From assembly GCA_964016885.1 (NCBI GenBank), contig OZ024741.1:60946001-61010000 (forward strand): a stretch of 64,000 bases of DNA, read 5' to 3'. This document shows positions 42,030 to 54,929 of the stretch, one piece after another (position 1 is the stretch's first letter; each line of letters starts with the position of its first letter). This DNA comes from Eledone cirrhosa. Its lineage: Eukaryota. The position numbers and the translations under genes were made by a program. The notes under the pieces were generated by a model that was not told the DNA's origin, ran no database searches, and saw only the letters and a program-made list of their open reading frames with translations.

Positions 42030-42104
42030 CGGCTACTATCAGGAATTGAACCCCATATCTCCCAGATACCGGCTAGGTGCTTTTAACTGTTAAGCTAATA
42101 GACC
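42030..42104 (-). pseudogene. tRNA-like sequence (pseudo-tRNA or SINE head)
   Basis: GGTCTATTAGCTTAACAGTTAAAAGCA-CCTAG-CCGGTAT-CTGGG-AGATATGGGGTTCAATTCCTG: D arm, anticodon arm and T-loop recognisable; acceptor stem imperfect. Confidence 0.55.
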
Positions 42105-42174
42105 ATGACAACTTTCTACCGTCATTGATATGGGATCTATTCTTATTATTTGAATTTGGTAAACTTTATTCCTT

Positions 42175-42308
42175 TTAATATTTCCTGAAGAAATGCAGTT
42201 TTAATATGTATTTTGCCTTGTGTAAATAATTAGCTATTTCCGATTGATTTATTTTTGGCATATGCTTGTACCATTTTCCCCTTTATAGAAACGTACGTCG
42301 AAATTAAA
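42175..42308 (+). ncRNA. Hammerhead ribozyme with ~96-nt stem II extension
   Basis: Stem I AUUUC/GAAAU; CUGAAGA at 42185; GAAA at 42288; C-GUAC-G; GUC site. Confidence 0.7.
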
Positions 42309-42502
42309 GAATGGATTGAAGTTGTTAACCTACGTTTTTCCTCATTTTAGATATTAATGCTCTGCTACCTGTACTTTCGCCAACAACAAATACTTTAACA
42401 TTCGAAGATCATTTCGTTTTTAATTCCTTACGAGCTGAGGATATATAGTATGCATTGAACTTTACTCACCTTACCAAAGTAATAGTGGAATAGTCCATTA
42501 TA

Positions 42503-42592
<90 letters not shown>

Positions 42593-42683
42593 ATATTTGT
42601 TTTTGAAATGCGCATAATAAAATACTTGGAACTCTTTTAATCATCTTTTGATCTTATATTATACATACACATATATATATATA

Positions 42684-42805
<122 letters not shown>

Positions 42806-42812
42806 CATATAC

Positions 42813-42908
<96 letters not shown>

Positions 42909-43009
42909 AATTGAGGTTGGTAATGGCACATGGAATATATAAGAGACAGAATACTTTTTTGTGAAAAAACATATAATTTTATAAGGTAAGGAAAGAATAA
43001 TGGGTATAA

Positions 43010-43057
43010 AAAATGACCGGTTTCGATGGGTCTGCAAAAGCCATCTTTTCAAATGTT
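43010..43057 (-). ncRNA. Hammerhead with U3-A8 core (UUGAAAA)
   Basis: cat ttgaaaa gatgg cttttgcagac ccatc gaaa ccgg tc att. Confidence 0.6.
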
Positions 43058-43410
43058 GATTAATATTAAGAAAAATTAATAATAAGAAGAGTTAAAATTT
43101 GAGATTTGAAAATTCAAGTATAAAATTCAGTTTGGGATTTCATAGTAGTTTTCATCTTGGTAGCAGCCAGTTGACTGCTGTGTGTCCCTTTCTGGTAGTG
43201 AATGAGGAATTATTTGTGGGGAGTGGTTTTTTTAAGGTCAGATTTAGCAATGGCCAGATGGCCAGCTGCTGGTCAGTGAGGGGGTGGAAGCAATATACAT
43301 ACATATATCTCCATGTGGTCGGTAGGAGAGGGGAGAGTGATAGAAGGGGATTTAGTGCACTTACATTTATATATATACATACCCTCATCCACACACACAT
43401 ACATATACAT

Positions 43411-43461
<51 letters not shown>

Positions 43462-43580
43462 TACATACACACACACATACATATACATACACACATACAC
43501 ACACACATATACACACATACACACACATACATATACACACACACACACATATATATACATACACATACATCCAGATACAC

Positions 43581-43612
<32 letters not shown>

Positions 43613-43632
43613 ACACATATATATATATACAT

Positions 43633-43750
<118 letters not shown>

Positions 43751-45499
43751 AGATCCCGTTAAGGGTGAAATTAGCGATTCTTTGCTTAAACTTTAATCTG
43801 TTATTTCAATAAATATATATATATATGATTTTACATAAAGGTTGAATATAGTAAACAATTATAGTCTGCCACCGCCGGTTCCTATGAAAGATGTTCCAGT
43901 TGTTTGATCAACGAGACAGCCTTCTCGTAAATGTAACGTGCACGTGGCAGTGCATTCCACAATTACGCGCACCCATAGAATAATTATCAGGGAGATTAAG
44001 TGTGAAACTGTGTGTGAAAAGATTGACCTTTTTGAATACAGGTACAGCTCATTTTTTGCCATCTGGATGGACTAGAGCAGTGTGAGATGAAGTGAATTAC
44101 TCAAGGATACAACTTAATGCTGAAAGAGAAACTCATAACCTGATGATCATTACTCACCCGCCCTGCACTCTAAGCCGTGCACCTTCACAAACTATTGTAC
44201 TTCTACACACTATAATTAAAAGTTTAATGTCTAGTGTCAAACTAAAAATATTATATATTTCTTTATATGGTAAAAGTTAGTTTTTAAAACAGTTATTAAT
44301 AGATGTTTCACTGCCAATTACCAATTTGTGGTAATATTATATATTAAGATAGAAGCATGTATGTATGTGCTGAATATATACATAAACCACTAAATCCTTT
44401 GCATTAATTATTCAACGCACGAAGTTATTAGATTAACTTCTAACCCACAGGTTATCCATCAAGGAATTCTGTAATAGCAATTTGAAGAAATAACTACAGA
44501 GAATTTTGCTTTTACTCAAGGAATTTACATTTATATGTAGACCTGTTTATAATTTTAGTATTCAATGTACAATTTACATTAATATATTCCTACTTAAAGT
44601 TGTTTTCGTTTATCATAATGGAAACACATACAATTCTACATTGCATTAACTTTACTCCTCACTTCATTGCAATTGTTCCCTAAATATATATATATACGCA
44701 TATACATAAATATATATATACACTCATATAAGTGCACACACATAAAGTTGTACACGCACACATATCTACATATATAAGCATGAAAACATACATAAATACT
44801 ACTTATTTAAAAAATATTTAAGTATTTTAATGCAATGACACATCGGATTGTCGTTAAGTTTCTATTTCTAAGTTTATGATAATGTATGGAAGAATTTATA
44901 TAATAGACAATCAACTTTAACATAGTTAATATATTAATTGAGTTTAGTCCATGTAATGCATTTAGAAATAAACTAAATCTGAATAATGAAGAAAATTCGT
45001 TTGCATAATCAAGAAATTTCAAAGATTTATAGTAAACCTAAAGGAGTGCTGGCTTGTTTGATGGAATTCCGTCTGTTTCGGTGACGAGTGGTCTTCTATT
45101 AACAGAGCAGCCTACGCATGAAAATAACTTGTATGTGGTGTACTGAGCATTCCACAAACTCATATATCCTTAACACCGGGAGATTCAGCGTGACACAGTT
45201 GGTGGCAAGGTTGGACTTTTAAATTACGAGTACAGTCTTCTAAACCATTTCTCTCTAACCACTTTCACTCACAATAGATGATTTGGTCCGTGACTATGAT
45301 AACTGTAATATACTCAAGATAGCACGCAGTGAGATCGAACCTGGAACCTAATAACTGCAAAGCGAACCTCTTAACCATTCAGTCGGTTGTGTCCATTGTT
45401 GACCTGCTCATGTCTCCACTTAAGGAATATTTCTTTTACAGTAGAAGTTAAGGAATGCAACCTAATACTACCCTTCATCTAAAAAAAACAACGATCTTC

Positions 45500-45660
45500 T
45501 ATCGTTGACCCCGAGCAAGATCGTTGGATAATGTCCATGAGAATGGTTGGTCACGCTTGGGGATCCAGCCGGATCAGTTGGAGGAGGTTGCTTCTTACAG
45601 GACCCCTGGAAGGAGTGTTTGACGACTCTGCCCCCACGACCCTCTCAGGTATAAGTAGGC
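45500..45660 (+). pseudogene. RTE-type LINE 3'-end fragment
   Basis: PRARSLDNV...WSRLGIQPDQLEEVAS resembles RTE C-terminal GRPRxRWxD...LGI...VAxDR. Confidence 0.5.
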
Positions 45661-45714
45661 AATCGGGACTATGAAGAAAATTAGGTATTTTTTCTCTATT
45701 TGTTCTTCACACCC

Positions 45715-46097
<383 letters not shown>

Positions 46098-46100
<3 letters not shown>

Positions 46101-46721
46101 TACTGATTCTTATGAAAACATTTTTATTAGACTTACGTGCGTTTCATCAAAAGTAATATAAGGTAAATTAGGGTTAATCATAGATTCTCATCTAAGTAAG
46201 ATTCTATTATATGGAAGTAAATCTATATAATATTTATCCCCCATGAACCAAACGGGCCTTTTTTTCGTGATTCTCATTAATTCCATTTGTTTCATCAGAG
46301 ATTTTAAAATATCAATAAAATATACATAAAATTTAGGCTGGGTAAGTCTCCAAATGAGATAACATCACAATATCACATCATATTAATAAATGCGGCAAAT
46401 AAAAATGATTAATCAGCCGTTAAAACAAGATGCTAGATTTTAAAATTAAAATAAATGAAATGTAACACCAAGTACTACATTATGTAGATGGGTCAAAGGA
46501 TAGCAAAAAAGGAAGCAGCGGTTACTTTATGGGTTATATGAAAATAGGGAGAAAGAGAGCGGGAGTGAGAGACTGACGGGGTAAAAAATACTGTAACGTA
46601 TTTTACATAAAGAAAAGGACCTTTATAAATCTATGTTAATGGTTTAAATTAACAGAAACGGAAAAGTTTGTGGGATGTAATTATAGAGGGATGGGGACAA
46701 ATAACGTAAAATACGTGTATA

Positions 46722-46730
<9 letters not shown>
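46098..46730 (-). repeat. TA-flanked PLE-like 3' end with split hammerhead (~46129-46302)
   Basis: Minus strand CUGAUGA (46299-46293) ... GAAA-CGCACG-UA (46145-46134), ~150 nt apart; stem I weak. Confidence 0.5.
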
Positions 46731-46756
<26 letters not shown>

Positions 46757-47760
46757 CCCTCTTCTACGGAAAAGTTTACGAACCAGCGTCAGCACATATA
46801 TACATACAGAAAAATAGGCATATGAATGCAATTTCCATCATATATATATATATATATATATTGTTATACTTTGGGAGGGTCATGTTGCCAATAAGAAACA
46901 CACGCACCAGTTGCTTTCACTTCAATTTATTATAATAAATTTATTATAAATTTATAAATTTATAAATTTCTGGTTGGTTGGTTGGTTGGTTCCACAACCA
47001 GATAGTTGTTTATATATAGTCATATTTCTTTCGTCACACACTCTGTGACCTCTTAGTGACTGGGGATTCCTTTCTTTGTTTCTGTGCCTCTCCTTAGTTC
47101 TGTCCTACGCCATTTTGTTTCTGTGTGTGTGTTGTGTGCTCAGTCTGCGCATGCGCCACATCCGGGTGTCTGTGTGTGTTTATGTTCATTTATTTATTTG
47201 TTTATTTACATTTTACTGGTTGGTTGTTTGTTCTATGTGTGTGTGTGTTTTCATTTTGTCCTTAATTGTAAGTTGTGATGTTGCTGTTCCACTCATATTT
47301 TCTATTTAATTTTGGTTGTAATTCTTTTATGTTTATTGCCTCTGTAATTTGTCTAAACATTGCGTCTTTTCTGTGTGTAGATTCTTTTTTATTTCTATGT
47401 TCTCTAATTTACCCTTGTGTTCTATTTTAGCAGGTTGGTAGAGTACAGATGATTCTTTATTATCTTGAAGGTCTCGCCAGTGTTCATTTATCCGTTCCCC
47501 TACACTACGAGCTGTCTCACCTATGTACACTATATGTTTGTCTCTACATTGTCCTTCAGTACATCTTATGCTATACACTACATTTCTAGTTTTACAGTTA
47601 ATATGGGGGCTTATTTTACAGGTTATACATTTCTTATCTATACATGAGGGTCTTTGAAAAGGGTATGTCTTGCTAATAAGTGTTTTTACGGAGGTACCTG
47701 GTCTTTCTACTATCTTAATATTGAGTTTATGTTTATTTAGGGCCCTTCTAAATTTGTAAG

Positions 47761-49956
47761 CTAATTCACCTCTAGGGGTTGTATCGATGAAATTACACTC
47801 TGGTATTTATTGCTATCATACCATGAGTTTATTCTATTAGCCTTGTTCCTAGTTCTTTCTATTCTATTCCAAAATTTGCTCCTATACAAGGGGCAGGTCC
47901 CATTTATGTCATTATTTACCATTTTTTCCCATTTGGTTCTGGCTCCTCTATACACTCTGATTTTATCTCTCTGATTGTAGCCAGAGAACTGCATACGCTG
48001 GATGAAGTGTTGTATGTGTCTCTCTAGTTCTTCGGGGTTGCACATGCGGGACACATTTCTCATCACCCGTACCAAATCCGCAATCAGTATGTTGATTTTG
48101 GTATGGTCCGAAACGGCCGAGTTTCGGTGGATCAGATGTTTGGAAGTCATGGGTTTGGCATAATGGGAATGGAGGATTTGTTTTTTGTTGTTAATGGTAT
48201 CTAACCAGAGCTCTGTGTCTAGTACAGGTAATCGATGGTTGGGGTGTTTACTTGGGTTGTCTATAGTAACTCTAATGCTCTGGTGGATGGAGTTTGTTAT
48301 TTGCTGGATGCTTTCCATTGTGTTTTTCTCTAGTTCCTGACTGTTCTCTAGTGGGGGTGTCTTAACTACGATGTTTATATCATCTACGTAGCGGGAGTAC
48401 ATTATCAGGGTTAAGGGGTCTTCTAATTGTTCTTTAAGTTTAAGTTTAAGTCTACTGTTCCACAAAACCATGAATAAGTTAGCTATGTCGCCTGCAATGC
48501 TAACACCAATGGCTGCTCCTTCCTCTTGGGCATATGTTTTTCCATTAAATTTGAACATATGTTCCTTAAGGGTTAGTTTTATGCTGGCCCCTACAGCATG
48601 TGCAATCATTTTCTTCAGTTCATCGTGGTTTTCGGGTGTCCGTATGGCTCTGGTCCACCCGTTCCATCTATCTGTGTGGGTTTTCTTGGCCATTGAGGTA
48701 ATGGTAGGTGGTCTGCCTCTTGCTGGTCTTGTAGGGCACAGGTTGCTAAGGTCATATGTGTCTAGGTAATTATTACTATAGGTAAGCTTAAGTAGGAGTC
48801 CCAGCTCACTGGTATCAATCGCACGGAACTCAACCTTGCTCTCACTGATCATTTCTACGCATTTCTCCACAGCAAAATCCACGTCAATAGATGGATACAG
48901 GGACACAACATCCATACTGCCTATTATGCAGTTTGTTAGGTCCCCAGATCGGTTACTCACGCCGATTCTGCTGAGGAGGTCCTCCGTGCTGTCACATACA
49001 TCTGGCGACATTTCAATGATGGGGCGTATGATCAGCGAGAGGAAGTAGGACAGTCTGTAGTTACTAGCAATGTTAGCTCCACAGACTGGCCGTGTTGGTG
49101 GTCCCGCGACAGGGTCACAGCCCGTTTTATGGTCTTTTCGAAGTCCATACAACGCCGGCACGTCATTGTTCCAGGCCTGGAAGTTGTTGGCAGTCCTTTT
49201 GTTGGGCTGCATTATATTCGTCCACATCACCATATGGGCATTGAGGGCTTTTTCTCTATCCTCATGCTCCTGTGGTGTTACCTCTCTTGTGTTAGTGATG
49301 TGGGGTTGCATTGCCTGGATGTAGTTTGGCAGGCTGTCAACCGACATTCTGCCAGACTTGTCTGTTGGAAAGCATGCTATCTCTCCATTACGTGAGCGCT
49401 GCATGAGCTTACGCAAGCCATTTGCAGATTTTTCTCCCAGTTGCTGGGCCTCCATTCTATTATGCTTCTTGCTATACTGTTCTATAATATTTCTAAGTTC
49501 GGATCTAGCTATACTAAATTGTGCTTCTGTTTGTTCATCGACCTGCGACGGCAATTGCGTGCGTTTGTTAAATGGTAAAGTCGTGGCGTGGACTCGTCGC
49601 AGGTCGAATGATTTATCGGAGGGATTATAAAACGTAGAGTTCCAGGCTGCTGCTTTATGTGTACTAGTGCTATTGTTATTGTTAGTTGTGTTGTTTCTAT
49701 TTCTATTTCCACCAACAGCCTCATGGTTGTTTCTATGTCTCTCATAATTACTCCTGTCTCTTTCCACTGGCTCATTGTTGTTATCTACCCTATTTTGTGT
49801 GTCTGTGTGTTCGTCTTGGTTATTCTCTTTGTCCTTAGTCTCCCTTCTCTTTTTAATCCTATTACTTTCCCTTATTTCTGTGATTTCTGTGCTACTGTCA
49901 TTACTTGTTTTCTGTGTCTGTGTGTTTGTTAAGGTTGTGGTGGTGGTGAGAAGCAT
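47761..49956 (-). CDS. PLE reverse transcriptase (largest intact segment of a frameshifted RT-GIY-YIG ORF, ~50961-47305)
   Basis: 731-aa ORF with PLE RT motifs. Confidence 0.9.
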   Translation of the reverse strand: MLLTTTTTLTNTQTQKTSNDSSTEITEIRESNRIKKRRETKDKENNQDEHTDTQNRVDNNNEPVERDRSNYERHRNNHEAVGGNRNRNNTTNNNNSTSTHKAAAWNSTFYNPSDKSFDLRRVHATTLPFNKRTQLPSQVDEQTEAQFSIARSELRNIIEQYSKKHNRMEAQQLGEKSANGLRKLMQRSRNGEIACFPTDKSGRMSVDSLPNYIQAMQPHITNTREVTPQEHEDREKALNAHMVMWTNIMQPNKRTANNFQAWNNDVPALYGLRKDHKTGCDPVAGPPTRPVCGANIASNYRLSYFLSLIIRPIIEMSPDVCDSTEDLLSRIGVSNRSGDLTNCIIGSMDVVSLYPSIDVDFAVEKCVEMISESKVEFRAIDTSELGLLLKLTYSNNYLDTYDLSNLCPTRPARGRPPTITSMAKKTHTDRWNGWTRAIRTPENHDELKKMIAHAVGASIKLTLKEHMFKFNGKTYAQEEGAAIGVSIAGDIANLFMVLWNSRLKLKLKEQLEDPLTLIMYSRYVDDINIVVKTPPLENSQELEKNTMESIQQITNSIHQSIRVTIDNPSKHPNHRLPVLDTELWLDTINNKKQILHSHYAKPMTSKHLIHRNSAVSDHTKINILIADLVRVMRNVSRMCNPEELERHIQHFIQRMQFSGYNQRDKIRVYRGARTKWEKMVNNDINGTCPLYRSKFWNRIERTRNKANRINSWYDSNKYQSVISSIQPLEVN

Positions 49957-51091
49957 TGAATGTGTGTGTGTTGTTGTTGTTGATGTGTGCTGTTGTTGAT
50001 GTGTGTTGTTGTTGTCTCCGTGTGTGTTATTGTTTTTGTGTGTGTTGTTATTGTTGTTTGTGTCTGCGTGTCTGTTGTTGTTGTTTCTGGGTATGTTGTT
50101 ATTGTTGTTGTTGTTGGTGTGTGTGTTGTTGTTATTGTTGTTTGTGTCTGTGTGTCGTTGTTAGGATGTGTGTTGTATATGTGTGTGCGTATATTGTTGC
50201 TTTTGTTTTTGTTTTTGTTTTTGAGGCTCCAGCGTAGTTTTGTAAATGATTTTTCTATTTCTGACAGACAACTAATCATATTTACCTTCTTGAATGTCGC
50301 AAATTTCGGGGGTAAACATAACACAGATATCTCATCGTCATCTATTCTTGTGTTACCGTATATATTTGTGTTGTTGTTGTTGTTGTTGAACTATTCTGTT
50401 AATGAGGTGTCGGCCATATTTATACCGTCAATTTTGTCGGGATATCTATTGGTATTCTCTATAGTATCCTGATTTAGCTTTATCTGCTTAAACCACTTTA
50501 GTTTCTTGTTAAAGTGCTTATCACATTATTGAGTAATGTACTGTTCTTCAGGGCGTATAAGGCTTATAAATATTAGTTTCTCTCTTGGTGTGGTGATCCT
50601 AGCTATTTCTTGTATTAGGTTACGCTTATGTTTTTCTTGATGACTTAATTCTCTATAGATCTTCTTTTTTATGTTTAGAATTAATGTTCGTTTTAGCCTA
50701 TCTGCTTGTTTTTTTGGTGAGTTGTAATCTTCTAACGTCGGTGTTGATGGTGTTGGTGTAAACTCGGGATGAGGCACATTCTTTTATGAAGTGTAGTTGT
50801 CGAGATGTTATGGTTTTTCGTAGACAACAGAACATGGTGGTTTTCAGTATCTTGTTAGCCTGGCTAAGGCTTACGATATTTCGTTTCTGAATTTGTTTAG
50901 CAAGATTCTTTATCTGAAATCGTGTGTTGAAACCGATATTGTTATACTTTGGTAGGGTCATGTTTCCAATAAGAAACACACGCACCAGTTGCTTTCACTT
51001 CAATTTATTATAATAAATTTATAATAAATTTATAAGTTTATAAATTTCTGGTTGGTTGGTTGGTTCCACAACCAGATAGTTGTTTATATAT

Positions 51092-51136
51092 AGTCATAGT
51101 TCTTTCGTCACACACTCTGTGACCTCTTCAGTGACT
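51092..51136 (-). ncRNA. Minimal hammerhead in PLE pLTR; the copy at 47018-47061 has a damaged core (CUAAGA)
   Basis: AGUCA/UGACU; CUGAAGA-G; GUCACA-GAGUG-UGUGAC; GAAA-GAAC-UA. Confidence 0.75.
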
Positions 51137-52000
51137 GGGGATTCCTTTCTTTATTTCTGTGCCTCTCCTTTGTTCTGTTCTACGCCATTTTGTTTCTGTG
51201 TGTGTGTTGTGTGCTCAGTCTGCGCATGCGCCACATCCGGGTGTCTGTGTGTGTTTATGTTCATTTATTTATTTGTTTATTTACATTTTACTGGTTGGTT
51301 GTTTGTTCTATGTGTGCGTGTGTTTTCATTTTGTCCTTAATTGTAAGTTGTGATGTTGCTGTTCCACCCATATTTTCTATTTAATTTTGGTTGTAATTCT
51401 TTTATGTTTATTGCCTCGGTAATTTGTCTAAACATTGCGTCTTTTCTGTGTGTAGATTCTATTTTTATTTCTATGTTCTCTAATTTACCCTTGTGTTCTA
51501 TTTTAGCATGTTGGTAGAGTACAGATGATTCTTTATTATCTTGAAGGTCTCGCCAGTGTTCATTTATCCGTTCCACTACACTACGGGCTGTCTCACCTAT
51601 GTACACCATATTGTTGTCTCTACATTGTCCTTCAGTACATCTTATGCTATACACTACATTTCTAGTTTTACAGTTAATATGGGGGCTTATTTTACAGGTT
51701 ATACATTTCTTATCTATACATGAGGGTCTTTGAAAAGGGTATGTCTTGCTAATAAGTGTTTTTATCTTAATATTGAGTTTATGTTTATTTAGGGCCCTTC
51801 TAAATTTGTAAGCTAATTCACCTCTAGGGGTTGTATCGATGAACCTTACACTCTGGTATTTATTGCTATCATACCATGAGTTTATTCTATTATCCTTGTT
51901 CCTAGTTCTTTCTATTCTATTCCAAAATTTGCTCCTATACAAGGGGCAGGTCCCATTTATGTCATTATTTACCATATATATATATATATATTTATATATA

Positions 52001-52078
<78 letters not shown>

Positions 52079-52190
52079 CGTGTGTGTAACCTGAGTTTTT
52101 CGAATATCAACAATAATATTCGATTCGTTTGCAAGTATGCAAACACCCTAGAAACTATCATATATTTTCACTAGCTCTGACAGTTGGCAG

Positions 52191-52257
52191 GTGAACAGTA
52201 AAATGCACTGATGAAGGGTAATCACCCAGAAACATTTGTGTCTGCAGTTCTGTTTAC
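52191..52257 (+). ncRNA. Type I hammerhead ribozyme in palindromic element 52087-52400
   Basis: Stem I UGCA/UGCA plus GUGAACAG/CUGUUUAC; CUGAUGA; A-GGGU-AAUC-ACCC-A; GAAA; CA-UUUG-UG; GUC site at 52240-52242. Confidence 0.9.
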
Positions 52258-52409
52258 ATGCCAACACAAGAGCAAGCTCGTTCCACTGACATGGCTTAAA
52301 ATAGGTTGTCTGCATAATTGCAAACGAATTGGATATTATTATTGATATTCGAAAAACTCAGATTACATTTATTGTATTCAGCCATGTAGAGCGATAACTA
52401 TATTTATTT

Positions 52410-52514
<105 letters not shown>

Positions 52515-53180
52515 GAGGGGGATAAATATGTGCTAGATAGTTCAATGCTAACATATAATCGACACACATGCAGATATATGTATGCACATTCATATATATC
52601 CATATACATCCACACAAATATGAAAGCTTAAAATACACACACACACGCACATATTATATATATATATATAATGATAAGTGGGAAAAAGAAACAAGAGAAA
52701 AGTTTACCTAAAATACTTCAAAGACACGACATCAGTTTCGCTGTGTAAGAAGAAGCATGGATATTCCAGTAATATAGGATATCCTTTGCTGTGAGATATC
52801 AGGAGACAGTCTCAGTGCAAAAAAAATTGTTTTCAAGTGACCGCTGCTGGTTATAATTCCGATGACAAAAAATATCACGTGGTAGGTGGTCAGCTAGAAG
52901 GGTAGCAAATGTGGACGAATGGCGAATAACAGGAATTACTATAAAAAACAATCCGTTCCAGTCTAATTTTTTACTCGACGGTATATATATGTGTATATAT
53001 ATATAACTAAACAAAAAGTAAAAAACGAACATAGATATATAGATATATGTATTCAAAACGTAATGGACCAAAATCGCTAAGGTGAAAAAAATACTAACTA
53101 CAGACAATAGGGTTTGCTGGACTCAATTTAAGAACAAATTAAGAAAAATAAATACAAACCAGTATTGTGGAAACTACCAT

Positions 53181-53243
53181 CACCCAGACGGTCTTCGATA
53201 TAACCGTTTCGCAATATTATTTATGAAGGCTCATCAGTGGGTG
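53181..53243 (-). ncRNA. Canonical type I hammerhead ribozyme
   Basis: CACCCA/UGGGUG; CUGAUGA; GC...GC; GAAA; stem III CGGU/ACCG; GUC site. Confidence 0.9.
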
Positions 53244-53893
53244 TTGAAATTAGTATACTCCTCACTTCTACTTCTAAATCAAATGGAAAACTGGAAAGTG
53301 TGTGTATATATAACGCACATGGATCCCGAACTTAGCGTGTCGCGCAGACTTACGCCACTAAAAATAGCAGCCGGGTCTACTCGACATTTGAAATAGCTCT
53401 ACGAATTAACGGAGCCGAATATATCAAAAGCTTGTATTGAGTTAGAAACTCAAAATAGTATCATTACAGTAAATTAGCTCTAGGAAATAGGGATAGGTTA
53501 TGTATTGGTGTTATGATAGCACAATAGTCTGGATAACAAAAGATGTGGGTTCGACTCCCATGTACGTGAATATTCATCCTTTTCTATTTTAGAGGGGCTT
53601 AAACCCCACTATCTCAGGCTAACTAAATTTAGTCAAAATACGCGAAAGCTTCTATTTACTAAATTTCAAACTCCGCTCACCATCTTCAAAACAAAGGCTG
53701 AATGAATTGGGGCCCAGAACCCAACGAAACTTGAGTACCTGTTTATGTCACTGTTGTAATTTTATATATATACATATATACATACATATATATATATATT
53801 TATATATATATATATATATGTGTGTGTGTGCGTGTATGTGTGTGTATGTATATATGTATATATATAAAATTACAACAGGAAAATAAATACAAA

Positions 53894-53938
<45 letters not shown>

Positions 53939-54050
53939 TAAAAGGAATTCCAACTTTGTCTGATTTACTCGTATTATTTACAATCCTTTAAAATTTATAA
54001 TGGTATTAGAATGAAATAGTATGGTAGAATATTAAATGTTAAGTGTTAAT

Positions 54051-54089
54051 TGAACAAGTACTTTCATGCTTTCGCAATCTTCAGGTTCA
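54051..54089 (-). ncRNA. Minimal type I hammerhead ribozyme
   Basis: UGAAC/GUUCA; CUGAAGA; U-UGC-GAAA-GCA-U; GAAA; GUAC; CUU site. Confidence 0.85.
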
Positions 54090-54561
54090 TATTGTGTGGT
54101 GACAGTCAAGTTTGCAATTTTCAACTGTAATGAGATGGGTAAATTGTGTGCCTTATATATAGTGAAAAGTGGCTCCAGAATGCTAAATCTTGCAAACTGT
54201 ATTTCGACCAATCGGTGTGTAGTTTCACTGGATTACTAAAGCTGATTGGTTTAGGCGTCACGGTTGGTTGAGCATGTCTAACGACTACTAATTGACCCTA
54301 TCCAAAGCATCAATTGTTTTGCTATTTTAAGAAATGATGAAAATAGCATTTTCTAGTAATCATCACCATCAACATCACTTTTATTATTATTATTTTTGTT
54401 GTTGTTGTATCCAGAAATTGGTAAGTTTCACTTCAAAATACTTAAGAAGACTGAGAGAAATGTGTTGTTGAACGCACATGTGTCGCAGCGCCTAGCACGT
54501 TCCATACTCGTGCCACTAAAAATAGCAGCCGGTATTTTGAAGTTAAACTTACCAAATTCTG

Positions 54562-54652
54562 GATACCTGCAGAAGAGCACAGGAATAGGAACTTTCACTT
54601 AATTGTTGCGAAACAAATTTAAAATTTTAAATTTTAAATGTGTCCAGGTATC
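54562..54652 (+). ncRNA. Hammerhead with CAGAAGA core, next to inverted repeat 54408-54441 / 54532-54566
   Basis: 8-bp stem I GAUACCUG/CAGGUAUC; GC...GC stem II; GAAA; CA...UG; GUC site. Confidence 0.7.
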
Positions 54653-54929
54653 ACGGCTATTGCCAATATAAGTTTGTTTTTATTGATTTATTATTTTAAA
54701 TCGAGACAGGCAAACCGTATTATTTTAATTAGTATTTTTCAATCTAGCTAACTTGGTCATTTGCAATGCAAACACATGTATACTTGTATCAGTGTTTATC
54801 CCTATCATATATTCATTTGTATATATATATATATTAAAGAGTTAAACAAGATTCAATGAGTACACTAAATAATGAGTTTTACAGTAGATTGGAAGCACTC
54901 TACAGGAAAATATTTTCCAGAGTTATTAA

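Larger units (their letters stand above)
46861..51975 (-). mobile_element. Near full-length Penelope-like element in partial tandem (pseudo-LTR direct repeats 46861-47922 and 50939-51975)
   Basis: RT ORF 47761-49956 (DKSG, SMDVVSLYPSI, GAAIG, YSRYVDDI); GIY-YIG end NVVYSIRC...YIGETARS...EH in both repeats; (TA)n on both ends; frameshifts. Confidence 0.93.

Noticed and set aside
42030-42104. Functional tRNA-Thr(GGT)
   Set aside because: Imperfect acceptor and T stems, atypical anticodon loop, repeat context; treated as tRNA-derived
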